A DNA stretch of 64,000 bases from Piedraia hortae CBS 480.64 (GCA_010093745.1 MU005992.1:62001-126000); one strand, 5' to 3'; numbered from the stretch's first letter, positions 43,549-57,900 are shown. A program made the numbers and translations. The notes: generated by a model not told the origin, from the sequence alone.

Positions 43549-46399
43549 TGCGAGAGCGCTGCCTGCTGAGAGGCAGAAAGGAAAGTGTAGCTTATCATGT
43601 TCCACCTGCAAGTGCCGATATCATACTCGAAAGTGGGGGAAAGGTGGGGGTGGTTGGAAGATAGGTTGTGGCGAAACATCGGCAGTTGGTGAAGGCGCCA
43701 CGTTCGTCCGCGCCGAGGGTTCGAACGTTGAAAGCTTCCACACCGGTTCGGGGTAAATTCCCAGATCTGGCTTCGTGACCCCGGATTTTCCCCACAGCCG
43801 TTTCAGATTATCTACGGGCAATTTTAATATGCTTTTTCCGCAGCTATGTGCTGGATGATTGCTTGAAAGCAGTCCTTGGTTTGGGACTGCTGGATCGAAC
43901 TGTGTTGAAATTGTTTTTAGGCGTGAAGTTATGGAGGTCAGCGGTAGGGCCGTTTCTAACCGCACCATAGTATGCTTGCCTATGATATCTACCGTACGTT
44001 GATCACTGCTCGCTTATCTCTTTTCTCAGCTTTGATCATTTGCGGTGTTGAATAACTGCTTGTCATGACCGTCTCCAGCAAAAGAGCAACTTTAATTGAA
44101 CCAGGACTTACCTCAGCTGCGTCCTCAAGCCATGAGACGCCTGCGGAAGGGATCAAATAGGGAGTGAGAAAGACTTGAAAGTCTGCCTAGTTATACTTAA
44201 CCTCCATGACATGACCATCTGGTCCACGAACTCCAAAGAAATCCTATACGTAACCTTACTGTTCCGTGGACAAGTTTACCCCTCTCACCCCCCATTTCCA
44301 ACACACCCAGAAAAAAAACCCCTCCCCCGCACCGTCACCTCCGGAAACACCTGCGGGAAGCACTCAAACTCCCCCATCGGCCACTGCAAACCCAATCAGC
44401 AAAAATCACACAACCCAAAAGCAACGCATCACGAACCTCGTCTCAACCGCTCAGCAGCCCCGCCCCTTTCCCATCTCCCCTACCGTCTGAACCCTCCCAT
44501 CCAACGCAATCGCAGCCGCTGTTGGCATGAAGTCTCGTTGCTATGAGTATACAATGTCACTACGCGACACCTCTTACACCAGCAGTTGCACCCTAGGTTT
44601 TGTCCTCACAGAGGTTTCCCTCAGGGTCATGTCGCATGCGACATGTGAATGCGCTCTGCTACTGTCTGAGGTGAGCCATGGAGTAAGTCTGTATGCTGAT
44701 GGTCTCACTGCGTGTATGACCACTGGCTTACGGTCATACGATTGATGACTCTTCATACGAAGCTACGCATTGGCCTTCTGGCCCAGAATATATTCTCTTA
44801 TGTCCCCTTGCAGATACACTTGTATTCACTTTTACACACACCTCTTCTCTCCGTCCATCGTTCTCACTCGCGCATACCATCTGTTTCATGAATTGCTTAA
44901 CACAAAACGGCTTAGGAGTTTCAATTATTCAAACAGCCTATACCTCCGGCGAAGAGTAGTCTTCCATTTCGTGCCTTGCACAAATTGCAAACAGTGGAAG
45001 GTTGCAAAGGCTTTTAGCTTGGTGCACCACCTGGCTTGAGCAATGCGAAGTACCACCTCCATGATCACAGTGTGGGGTTTCATTGGCCCATATCTTGTTG
45101 ACTAATGGGGTGAAAGTGGGAGGATGAGGCGATTACAGTCTCCACGATTTAATGCTATATTATCTTGCCTTAAGCGTCTCGATTTCCTTTCTCTCCTTAC
45201 TTTGCTAAGCCTCCGCGGTTGCTCGTCTCATTTACGCCTTGATGCTTGCTCTTATCAACGTTGACTCCCTTAGGCTTGGAATCGGGCTCGCATCAAGCTC
45301 TCTGGTCTCTCTGTGTGTAGCCACGTCTGGACAACACATGTTCCTTGTTACCAAAAACGCTTGAAGGCGTAGAAATCCGAAACTAACCAGCCATCTTCTT
45401 CCTGGTCACAACATGAGCGACTTTAGTACATCGGCGAGCAGCTCCTGACTCAGAACCTCCTTTCTGTCCTTGTATGTGGCTTCCGTGTAGATACGCCCCG
45501 TGGTTCGCACTAAGTCCCGGCTTCTTAGTATGAAGCCACGTCTGGGCTGCACCTGTTCCCTGATAGAGGGTCCTGGAGGCGTAAAAGTCGGAGACAAGCC
45601 AGTCGTCTTCTCTCTAGTCGCAACATGAGCATTCTTGCGTATGAGGTTGTCCTTCCTCGATGTTGTATCTTGTGCAAAATATGGCTTCGTCTAACTCCGC
45701 ATGCGACACCAATGCGTGTTCCCGTCAGCCGATGGCGGAGTATGCGTGATGATTGCACTTGTAAAATGGCGAATACGCTTTCAGTGGTGGATGTGATCAC
45801 CATACACAGTACTGCTTCGTCGACGAATCCGCACACCGCAACAATGCGTGTGTTCTCGTCAACGGAGGGTGAGATATTGTGTAAAGATCACAACTTTAGA
45901 CGTGGCGAAGGCGCTTCCGGTGACAGGTGTCATGAAAGTGTCATGTCGGCTGTCAACCCAAGATGGGATGAGCGGGACAAGAACACGACTTAGCTCTTGC
46001 AGTGCCGAGTGTAGTTCCCAAGAGGAAATGATTCAGTCGATGGGTTGGTGATGAAGTCACGAGCAGTGCAGACCTTTTGCGTACCCACAAGCCTCATTGA
46101 AAGAGTGCAAACATTTGTGTGTGAAGGATGTTTGGAGGTTTGCAAGTGGGGCTGCGAAGGTGTGGGGTTATGAGCCTAAGGAGCTAGGGTAACTAATTGC
46201 ACCGGGAAGAGCGCTAGTCCATTCATCAAGTAGGCCAAACCTAATTCCGCAAGTGCGGGGTTGCAGGAGTCTTAGCAACATGCATACGTGGCCCGCCGTC
46301 TTCAAGAATGGTGTGTCATGGAGATCCCCATTCTACATACCTCCGTACATCTCAGCGTGAATTTCTAGGAGCCCCATGTAAGTCTTTAAATTTCTGTCT

Positions 46400-47300
46400 A
46401 TCTTATATAAAAGTATTACCTAAGTAGAATATGCTCCTCAGTGATCAGGTTTCTAGCTTGAGAGAATGTTCTCTCGCACGGTGTTGATGATGCCTAGATA
46501 GCCTGAACTTCTCTGACTAGCTTCCATTGGGCGGGGAGAGAAGGATCATGGTCCCTCCACCATCGCAACACGTCCACAACCTCGTCCGCCAGACACAGCT
46601 CTCGGGGATAGGTGTGAACCTTGTCGCCAACCGGAGTGCACTTGATTCTCTTGGTTGGATGAAAGGCTCCGAATCCGAGATGGGATCTAGCAAACACTGG
46701 CGCCTCTGGAATGCCATGCTCAGCGCGATAGCGGGCAAAAGCTTGCCGAACACTGTCCTCGACTTGCTCCCTTGCATCTTGGACTTCTTCGGCCAGCCTG
46801 TATCCTCATGCGCTGCATTGCGCGAGGCAAGAGGATGTTGGCGATTGCCCACACGACGCGATGATTCTTGCGCGGTCACAGTTCTCCAGCACATCGTGCT
46901 TCTCGCGCCCCAGGTACTTCGGTCCACCCATATATGGTCGAAAGCGGCAGACGTGAGCCGCCACTGGGTGTCGAGGATGGATTGGGAACCAAGTAATGTG
47001 CGCAGTGAGAGTACTGACCATATACCTGATCATGATTGAGCTTTCCCTGGCATATGTCGACCCATGGCCCAACGGCTGGGGGGTTAGTTAACGGATGGAA
47101 GCGTGGCCTGTCGGAAGCTGATCTCGTGGATGCTGATTGAGGTAAATCAAGACATACAGTCCATGGTCCGTTCGTCGATGAACTGCAGACATTCCGGAGT
47201 GAGGTGGATGCTTTTGTACTTGGCATGGTTTGTGTGCTTCTATAGCACCTCTACTAGGCGTTTCTCCGGCCTCACAATACACTTCAACAAGCTTGTAATC
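46400..47300 (-). mobile_element. Decayed hAT transposase including the C-terminal dimerization domain
   Basis: ELCLADEVVDVLRWWRDHDPSLPAQWKLVREVQAI*ASSTPCERTFSQARNLITEEHILL matches the hAT D.L.WW...P.L..LA...LAIPASS...ER.FS motif. Upstream frames are broken. Confidence 0.8.
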
Positions 47301-47599
47301 GCTGCGCTACCAGCTTCGCTGACAAATTCGTTTGCGCTGTCCTGCGAACCGTGGGAAGATCATGTGTGCTTTGTGGAGTCGTTTGCATTTTCTTTGTGCG
47401 CACAAGGATATAATTGGCAATCCACCGCACTATCACGTCTTCCCCGTTCGCCTCTGTTCCCACGTGCCACGAAATCTTGACTCGATCACAATAGGACACC
47501 AGATAGCCCCCCTTGGAAGCCCACAGAACAATAAGCGAAAAGGGTCATACCGACTCTCCAGAACCCAGACTCTACCGCTGAGATAACGAACTTGCTGCG

Positions 47600-48800
47600 A
47601 GAGTCTACACAGCAAGTGCAAACCAGGGAGGAACACTTCAGCACACTCCAAGCCTCGAACAAAGCCATGGGCGCGGAGAACGGAAACCTACGCGCCCAGA
47701 TCTCCTGAAAGCCTTAAAGAACACTCCTCGCTCGAAACATTCAGCAGGGACAAGGACTTTACACTGCACGACATTCTTCACCTCAAGCTCAACACCAATT
47801 GGTACCCCACGAACGAGCCAAACTGGCATCTGGCTTCGACCTGCAAGGGACACACCATTTTACTCCTCAAGTAGAGCATTTTTCCGAGCGTCCCCAGGCC
47901 CCCAATATCTTGTCCTTCCTCTAGTCTTCTTGTGATGGAGCCGGCCTGGACAAGAGCCGCATCGTAGTCACCGATCTCGGCGGCGCGATGCCCAAATTCC
48001 GTGCCATTACGCACGAGCGATACCCAAACGTGATTCCAATCCACTGCGTGTTACACGTCCTAGACCTCGTCATTAAGCATGTGCTGAAGGACAGTGGCAT
48101 GACCACAGTCTTCAAGCAAAATTTTCATGATAACCAACTTCTTCCTGGCCTCCCACTATCGGCTAGATTGGCTTAGAGCATGGCTGAAAGCGCAACAAAC
48201 AACGACGTAGGCTGCATGCCATCTGTGAGACACGGTGTTAGATGACGGTGATAAGGGGTGTGGGAATTGCTCGCGCACTCCGTTACAGAAAGGGTGCCCT
48301 TCAGGAGGGAAGTTGCTCAACCACACCTGCAGAAACCAGTCTGTTTACCCACATTTTCAAGCCCATCACAGATGCTATTGCGTGGCTGGAAAGGCGCGAC
48401 GCGACGCTGGACCAGATCTGGCCTGCGCTGATCGCCGCGTACGGCCAGGTCAACGCCGTATCGTGCTCGGCCAATTTGAGGATAAAAAGGACATGTTAAT
48501 GCAGGAGGTGGCATTCTACAATGAGCCGCATTATCTCCTCGCGTTCTGGCTTCGTCCACCACACTCTCGCTTCGACAACTTCCAAGAAAGACGAGGTTGC
48601 CGAACTCTATCGGATGGCGCTGAAGATTGCAAAGAATTGGGACACAGGCAGAGCAGCTCAAGCAGGAGGTGTTCGACTTTGACGCCAGCACAGTCAGGGA
48701 AGCCTGCTATAACGATTGCATGAGCTTACTGGGACACTGGCTTCGTCGACCATGTCATGTGTCACTTCAACCTGAACATTCCTTTGACTGCTTGTCTCTT
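47600..48800 (+). mobile_element. Second decayed hAT transposase (DUF659-like)
   Basis: KFRAITHERYPNVIPIHCVLHVLDLVIK (CxxH motif), IFKPITDAIAWLERRDATLDQIW, NEPHYLLAFWLRP; several frameshifts and stops. Confidence 0.75.
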
Positions 48801-49131
48801 CAGCGATATGCTTGTACTGTAAAGTGTATCGGATTGTGTTGCGTGTAAATCTGTAATCCGTTCTTCTTTCGTTTACGTTGACTTTGAGGAGGAAACACGA
48901 TGTGTATCTGATCGATGTGGGTTGGCACTGGGTAGAATGTGATATAGACAAAGACGTGAACTTTCGTATACGCAATGACAGTGAACGAAAGACGCGTAAA
49001 AATTCACATGTGTGGATGTCTATGTAAACTGCTCTCCTAAAGACGTCTTGCGGTCCAGGACGGATCAGCTTTCCGCGCAAGTCTATAACAAAAATCCAAT
49101 GTAGAGATCCCAGGTGAAGGAACGGAAATAC

Positions 49132-51556
49132 TCATGAGCTTACATCACTTAGTCGTGCGTTTTCATAGATGCTCTTAATGCCCTGACGGCTGTTATCTGG
49201 ATCGAGTTTGATCAAAAAGTCGTGCGGCACAGACGGGCTGTACTGGCGTTCGCGCTCCCTGTTCACACCACCGAGTCCGGCTCCGTAGCTCACCAGCATG
49301 TCGGTGGAGTTGGGGAGCTGGAAGGGAAGTAAGAGGGATGCGTTCAGCAAGCTACCGCGCGAAACATCATCGTCATCCGGTCGCGGTGACGACGCCATGG
49401 TCGACGGGTGGTTTAGCTGCCGCGGTGTCTGCGGCCGGGAGTCGCCGGCCACGGTATCGCTTGGTGGTTGAGGCCTGCTCTTGATCTCCTGGATGCGCTT
49501 TAGCGCCGTCTTATTAAGCGTCTTCTCGCCGACCTCGGCGCGGTAGTGCTTGACCGCCTGCAATAGCTGTGTTGTACTGAGAGCCGGCAGCTGCTGCAGT
49601 GTCCCTTCAATGGCATCTTTGTCGTCGCCCAGCGACGAGAAACATTGCAGCCACTGCAGCAACTGCACGACGGGAGCGAGGTGGCGGCGAGCAGACTCTA
49701 CCGTCGGCTCGCCGCCGGGCGTAAACGATCCGCTGTCATAGTGGTTCGGCTTGCGATTGTTGGCGCGCGCCCAGTCCTCAAGCATCGACACGTTCATCCG
49801 GATCTGCATAGCTTTTGTGCGGGCAAGATAGCGCTTGTTAGACATGATGCGGTTGAACAGCTCGGCGCCAAGCCAGTAGTAGAGTTGCGACAAGGCTTGG
49901 GCGATCATGACCGAGTGCACGTCGTACAGATCCAGCACGAACAGCGTCGAAGACAGCAGCGACGTAATGTTCCGCGGCGACACCTGGGCCTTGCGGCGCG
50001 GTGACAGAGGGCGGAAGCGTTTCTCAGCCGGTTCCGGCTTCACCTTGGGCTTCGATCTAAGAAACTTCCACTCGTTCTGGAACGCAATGTCCTCAAAGCC
50101 GGGAATCGTCTCGTGCTCCAGCATCGCCGCCGCCAGCACCTTGTCCATCCGCCGCTCGGCGTCGCCAATGATAGACAGGTAGATGTGCAGCACGAGCTCC
50201 TCCAGCTGGCCCCGGAAGCGTGTCGTTTCCCGATTCACGCCAGGGTCTTTGCCCAGGTAATAGGATAACAGCGTAGCATTGGACAGCCAGAAAGCGAGTA
50301 CCGTCATATCGCCCTGGTGCCGCTCGACAACGGCCTCAATGCGTTCGTGAGCCGCCGTCAGCCAATCGCCCAACAACTCCTTGGTCGAGTGGTAGTGGGC
50401 GTAGCGGGCGCCGAGGAAGATCACGTTGGCCGGCACAGGCTTCTGCGACGGAGACCGCTGCGGCGCCATATTGGTGACAACAATGTCCAGGATGCGGTCA
50501 ATGTCGCTCTCTATAAACACAAACATCTGATCGTTCAGGCAGCGATCCCACACGAAATCTTGGCCACAAACATCTTCGTCGGGCGACTCTGGCTGCTCGT
50601 CCAGCCCCAAGTTGCCAAGATCGACCTCAAGGTTGATAGCGCTTTCCATCATCATTCGCCGCCGCATCTCACTCTCGGCCAGCTCCTCCTCAAAGCGGTC
50701 TTGTGAGAAGCCGGAGCTGTAAAAGTCTTCTGTCACGCCGGCATTGCCGATGCTGTAGCCACCGCGCTGCAAAAAGTCCGTCATCTCACCGCCCGGCGGT
50801 GCAAAGTCCAGTGCGGTGCGACCGCTGGACGACTTGATGTCCGTCGATGCGCCGTGATCCAGCAGCGTCTTGGCAATCTCCTTGTGGCTGTTCGTCATGG
50901 CCCACATCAGCGCCGTCCACTGATTGCGATCTTGCCCGTCGACCGCAGCGCCAGCATCCAGCAGTGCCAGGACGGCATCCCGCCGTCCAAAGCAGCTGGC
51001 ATACACCAGCGGCGGTGTGCCCTCGGCATCGACGCCGTCCACGTCTATTAGCGGTGAGGCACGGCCCCTAACTAGCCGCCGCACACGTGCCACGTCGCCG
51101 TTGCACACGGCCATGAACAAAAGATCCTGCAATGCCTTGGCTTTTTGATCGCGGCTCATCTGGGTATCATCCACCAGCGCTTCCTCCTGTGCCTCGTCCG
51201 CGTCGGCCTCGCTGCCTTTCCGCGTTGGCGGGGCGTCTTCGGGGCCGAAGCCATCATAGGTTGTGTCCGGCTCGTGCAGCGAAAGGTTGAAGTTGAGCTG
51301 TGTCGCTGTTTTGGGTGCCGTTATGAACTGTGAATGGCCTGTGATATGCATTAGTTCCGTCTTTTCGTAGCCACATTATTCTCTCACCCTGCCATCCATC
51401 GTAGTATTCCGTCTCGGGCTGGTAGCTGGAGTAGCCTATTCGGTCGTCAAGGGACCGTGGCAGGTCTGCTGGCAACTGGCGAGGCTCCAGCCTCGGTCGC
51501 TCATCCATCATGTCCTTTGTGAAATTACGGCTTTCGCTCGAAGTCATGGGCGGCAT
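49132..51556 (-). CDS. Ankyrin-repeat + DIL (dilute) domain protein, intron 51339-51387
   Basis: Ankyrins (PPLVYASCFG, WTALMWA, GRTALDF), FVWDRCLNDQMFVF, QALSQLYYWLGAELFNRIMSNKRYLARTKAMQIRMNVSMLEDWAR. Exon 1 is MPPM...LPADLPRSLDDR...DGWQ|GHSQF. Confidence 0.88.
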
Positions 51557-51988
51557 ATTAGGGGTTTGTGTACGTTTGCCGCATGGCGGATTGCCTCGAG
51601 GGAAGACTTATCGAGCCGGAGATGATGGAGAGACAGCTCAAGAAGATGACTGCTTACAGGGAATGCCGCCTGCACTAGAAGAAGATGTTTGCATCCCCCT
51701 CGTTGTGTGGGCTAACTGTTGTGGACCGTGAACTGCGAGCCGTGAGCTGTGCGCTGTCCCTGGGATGTCGTCTGCCCCTCAGTGCCAAAATGGGTTAGCC
51801 CCAACGTGGCGGTCCGCCCGGATCGGCCCGATCTAACTCGCACGCAGACGTCGTGTGAACGTTCATGAAATGTATGGACGGGCCTGCGCCCGGCAACATC
51901 TGAGTCATCAGCCTGCTATCTCTCCTATGACTCCCTCGGAAGCGTAGCTCCGTTTTGTAGACGCTAAGCAGCTGGCTGGGGCGGCAGC

Positions 51989-54900
51989 ATGAATGGCGGC
52001 GATCGCGACTCAGCGGCAGCCTCACGCCAAGACGCCAGCATCAACGGCTCATCGAGCCTTCGAATCCTGGAGCGGCTAAGGGAACATCTGCCGCAGTACG
52101 ACTTTGGAGACTTTGCGCCGTTTCACTCCAGCTACGACAATTGGCATTTCCTCGGCAAATGGACGCCGCAAAGCGAACGGGAAACCGCGCTGTTGCCAGA
52201 AAGCGACCCTTCACAAGACATCGATGCTGATGTGCGGGAAACATATGTGGCTGTGCGGGTGTCGATACACCACCTTCGGCTGGAGCGCGAGTTTAAGCTA
52301 AGTCAGGCCGTGTGCGAGAAATCCGACCCAAGTAATGAGTACTTTGCGCGCCCGATACAGTGCGGTTGGCTGCCCCCACGACGGCCTGGTGATGCCATCC
52401 TGGGTTACTCCATTATGGAGGTCGCGGGGCCGAATTATCTGCGGGATATCGAGAGGTTTGGGCCTGATATATACACGCAGCTCCCCACCTCCGAGCATGC
52501 AAAGGAACACCGGCTACCGTTGTTGACCTTCCTAGATCTCGCTATTGGGACGACGCAGTGCCTGGAGACGCTGCATCATGGCAACGAGGTGGTACACGGC
52601 GAGGTCCGGAGCGATGCCTTTCACTACGATCCCGATATGGGTCGTGTCAGGCTGGTCAACTTCGGCAGTGGTACTAGGAGTTTTCAACATGAACTGACGT
52701 CCGAGGGCTGGTCGAGTCTAATGTCGGAGCATTGCGTTGAGCACAAGCTCCAATTCATTGCACCCGAGCAGACTGGACGTCTGTCCACGACACCAGACTA
52801 CCGCACTGACATATACTGCCTAGGCGTTTTCTTTTGGATGACGCTCACCGGCGGCAAGCCGTTTGATGGTGAGTCGCCCCTTGACATCATTCACAATGTT
52901 CTTTCTCGACGTATAGCTCCCGTCAGCTCTATCCGGTCTGATGTGCCGGATGCTTTGTCCGCCGTCATTGCCAAGATGACGCAAAAATCCATCAACGATC
53001 GATATAATTCCATTTCTGGTGTCAAGCACGATCTCGTAGGGCTAAAAAAGATTCTCACCGAAGGCGATGAGGACGCACTGGCTAACTACCAGGTCGGTGG
53101 CGCCGATGTCTCCTGCTTCTTTCAACTTCCTCGAAATCTTGTTGGTCGTGAAGAAGCGCGCCAACGCATCATGAAGATTGTTGACTTAGTTGCCCAGCGC
53201 CCTTTCCATAGTGCGCCTGTTGTCCAAAAGTGGCTCCACGACTTGAGCTCGGGCGTGGACAAGCCAATGGACTCGGCGAGTGTAGATGAGTACCCGAGGA
53301 GTGAATACGCCTCTTCGTTCGGTGACCGCAGCCTTATTCCTTCCAGCGGCGACTCAACTTTATCTGGCGTGCTCAAAAGTCGAAAGATGTCCCGTCAGCA
53401 CACGGGTTCCCACGATGCCCTTCCCAGCATTGAGGAGCTATCTACAGCCCGTATCGAGACGCAGTCATCGTCTTGTGGGAGCAACAGTTTTTCCGGCGAC
53501 GGCCTGTTACGCAGCGGCGCCGTCTCAAGTGGAGAATCTGCCTCCCTCCGCCGAGCGGCGAAGAAGCTCAATGATAAGAGCCACACGACCATCATTGCCA
53601 TTTCCGGCGAGGCGGGTGTAGGCAAGACGACGTTGATGCAAAACCTGATGCCCCAAGTGCGTCGTTACGGTTATTTTGCAGCTGGAACCTTTGACCCTGT
53701 CGGCACATCCCCCTACGGGCCGGCCATCCGTATCATGTCTTCGCTCTTTAGACAGATCTTCTCTGAGCCGGACGTCGCGACCCCCTTTCATGACAGCGTG
53801 CGGGCTGTTGCTGGTCCTTACTGGCCTTCCCTACACTTGTCGCTGGAGCTGCCTTTGTGGCTTCTTGACCCTCCGCGGGACGAGAATGCTGCCTCCCAAG
53901 ACGACCTCACCCCAAATGCATCGTCCCCAAGCCTGCGACCTAGACTTTCTCAGCCCGAGAACCCTGCCAACGAATGGATACGAAGGGGCGGCTCGACCAA
54001 GATGTTGCGGTTCCAGCAAATGTTTGTCGACATCTTCCATGTGCTAGCGGTGCAGAGGTTCGTGTGTGTCTGTTGCGGCGACATGCAGCTTGCGGACCAG
54101 GAAAGCCTGGACCTGCTGCAGCTGGTTGTACAAGCGCGTGTGCCGGCCTTGGTTATCCTCACCTATCGTTCCGAGACTTGGCTTACGCCCTCGCTTCGTG
54201 AGATAATCGATGGCGCATGCAAGATCTCGCTCAAGCCTTTTACCGACGCAGAAACGGTGCAGTACGTCTCGGAGACTTTGCACCGCCCTCAAGAGCAGTG
54301 TCTCCCTCTGGTGTCTATTGTCCAAGACAAGACGGGCGGCAATCCGCTCGCCGTGCAGAATCTACTGGAAGCGGGCTATCGTGAAAAATGCGTCTACTAT
54401 TGCTGGAAGTGCTCGCGCTGGGAATTCGACGTCGAGAAGCTTCTCAGTACCCTGCACGATAGCGATCCGACCAAGTTCTTGTCCTACGACTTTTTGACTC
54501 GGCGGATCAAGGAAATGCCGCCCGATACAGTTGCCCTGCTGTCTTGGGCTGCTTTGATAGGGCAAACGTTTTCCTTTGACCTGGCCAAAGAGACACTCAC
54601 GTTGGCCGGTGAATATTCCGGTGTGCAGCTGCCTACGGCCAAAGACCCTGTGCTGGGTCTCCAGGCCGCCATCAACTCGTTTGTGGTCATGGCAACTGAA
54701 GGCGATGACACGTTCAAGTTCACCCACGCTCAGTGGCTACTGGCTGCCGAATCACTCGTTGCTCCGCCTCTCAGAGAGGATATGCACTACGAGCTTGCCT
54801 GTGCCATGATGAAGCGTGAGACATACGATCCCGTTACCATGTCTCCTAAAATTCTCTTTGACCAAGCCAAACACACGTGTGATGGCCTGTCGATAGTTAA

Positions 54901-57900
54901 ACGGCGTGCCAAACACAAATACCCGTTTCGCAGGCTCCTGTTCCAGGCCGCAGAAACGGCACGAGAGTCGGGTGCGCGGAGTCGAGGCGTCTCCTACTTC
55001 AGGGCCTGCTTACAACTGCTGCCTGACCAGCCATGGGTGGACGGCGAAGATATCACATATCTGGAGACGTTGACTTTGACCACTCGTGCAGCAGAAGCTC
55101 ACTGGTTTGTCGGCGAGCATGAAGACGCTGCGCGACTTCTTGACATGGTACGTAAGTACGCCAGAGAGACGATGGACAAGGTCCCCGCCGCCATCATCAA
55201 ATGCCGCATGTTTGCTCAGGAGGGTAAGAACGCTGCTGCTCGCTCGGTGCTTGAACGTATGTTGCAGGATCTTGGCGTCGACGTGTCTCCCAGGCCTGAT
55301 TGGAGAGAATGTGATGCCGAGTTCCAGCGACTTATCGGTACAATGCACGCAGACTCGTTAAGCATGTGTGTAGGCTCGGAGACACCGGTGAGCCGCTTGC
55401 TCAATGTTGTTGGCATGCTCTTCACTGAATTGCTGTCGGCCGATCTTTGGTATGATGGTCTTTCCTTTTATCGGAGTCTCTTGCTTATGCTCAAAACCTA
55501 TCTGAGCATTGGCTTCTTCCCGCATGTTGGCATAGCCTTCATATACTTTGGCGGTGTGTGCATATATCGCTTCAACATGGCCAACATTGGCCTCGGGCTG
55601 GGACGTACGGGCTTGGATATCATCGAGGCGTTTCCAAACGAAGTCTACTGCATCGGCCGTGGTTTGTCGGCCTACGTGATTACGCTGGGCCATTTGCAAA
55701 TGCAAATCGACGACAACCTTCCCGCGCTCAGCAGGGGACTCAATGCCACCCTGGCCGCTGGTGACCGCATCGTTGCTCTGGTCAGCATGGGTGTGTACGC
55801 TGCCTACCAGGTCTGGGCGTCCAAAAACCTGGCAGATATCGAGGCATATGTGGATTCCATCTCGGAAGATTTCCCGGATTGGAACAGCAGCCTGCGTGGA
55901 GGCGCGATACTCATGGCGGTGCGACAATATGCTCGTGCCATGCAAGGGAAAACATTTGCTCGTAAGTCGTCGGATGTCATGAGTGATGACCGGCATTCAA
56001 TGAATGAGTACGAGGAGTCGATTCGCCTGAAAATATCCAGCGCAGATTCGTGTTTATTGGCCTACACGTGCTTCAAGCTGGAGCTTCTCTTCCGTTTCGG
56101 CTACTTCAAGGAAGCCCTCACGCTGGAGGGCCAGGTTGCTTTGACTGTTGCCGACGCGATAGGAGCGCGATGGCTGTACTGCACCCTTTTCTATCTCGCC
56201 CTCAGCATCATTGCCTTTGTGCGAGCCGAACCTGATGCTGAAGATCGTGAGGAGATGCTGCAACGCGTCACAAGCTATCGAACAAAGATCGAGGTTGCAT
56301 CCAGTATCAACTCGGTCAACTATGCAATGTTTATATCTCTCATAGACGCCGAGATGGCTGGAGTGAGAGAGCAGCATACCGATGCCTTTCGCCACTATGA
56401 AGCTGCCATTGACCACTCAGTTCTCTATGGCTTTGTGTCCGAGGAAGCGCTCAGCATGGAGCTGTATGCTGAATTCCTTACACGCAAAGGTGCCTCAAGG
56501 CTTGCCAGGGAAGTTTTCCAAAACTCAATATCTGCCTATCGTCGACTCGACGCGCAGGGCAAGGCCGAGGCCATCCTGTCAAAGTACGAATACCAGCTGC
56601 GAGGTACCCGTGGCCTTTATATGAAAGACGTTGGCACCCAGACTGCAATTCTCGAAGGCGTTAACACGGTCCACAAGCAGGAAAGGAAGTTCTCGGATAC
56701 ACAAGATGATCAAGGTGAAAGATTGAAGCCAATTCTGGAACTGATGGGGCAAAATCCAATCAAAGAAGCGCCGGCCGCGTTGCCCGCTGCGCTTACAGCT
56801 GTTGGGTTGGATATTATCGACTTGGCCAGCATTTTGGAATCGTCTCAGCTGCTTTCGTCGGAGCTCAGCAAGGACAGACTTACGGCAAAGCTTGCCGAGA
56901 TTATTGCTGATGCCACGGGAGCCGAGTCGTATGGCATCGTCGTCGTCGAAGAGGACGGTGGCTGGGCCGTGGCTGCTGGCGGAGCTTCCGATGGTGCCCC
57001 TATCCCGGTTGCCGGCACTCCACTGACGCAAGTTAAGGACTCAGTTGCCAAGCAGGTTGCCATGTACGTGATGCGTACGCGAGAACAGGTATTCTTGCGG
57101 AACCTGCTGGAGGACGACCGCTTTGCCAACGTGCCGGTAACATGGCTGGAAAAGCATCCCAAAGGCGCGTCCATGATTGCCTTGCCCATCCCGACTAATG
57201 ACAGTAACCTACTTGGTTGTCTGTACTGTCAGGCGCCGCCCAGCACCTTTACTGCGCGTACGCTGACGTTGCTTAAACTGTTGGTCAATCAGATTGCCAT
57301 TTCCCTCACAAATGCAAAGCTGTTCAAGCAGGTTGAAAAGGCGTCATCCCGTAACTCGTCGATGCTGCAGGTGCAAAAGCAGGCGCTTTCCCGTGCCCAG
57401 CAATCGGAGCGAAAGGCCAAGGAAGCAGAGGCCAAAGCGATGGAAATGGTCAGACTGAAGGATGAGGCAGCCAAGGCCAAGACCATGTTCCTGGCAAACG
57501 TATCTCACGAGCTGCGCACTCCGCTTAACGGGGTTATTGGGATGAGTGAGCTCCTCAAGGGCACGCAGCTTAACAAGGAGCAGAAGGAATACGCAGACTC
57601 GATTCGTGTCTGCGCCGACACCTTGTTGAGCGTCATCAATGACATTCTGGACTTTTCCAAGCTAGAGGCGGGCAAGATGCAGGGTAAGTCTGGCTATGTT
57701 TCTGGCGGGGTTGGTCTGATTGATATCACAGTCTTCTCCGTACCGCTGTCTTTAACTGAGACCATCGATGAGGTTGTTCGCGCACTTTCTTACACAAACA
57801 AGGAACGCAACCTGCAGACGATTGAGAAGTTGGACCTGGACCCCAAGCTCATTGTCATGGGTGATCCCGTCCGCTTACACCAAATCCTTATGAACCTCAT

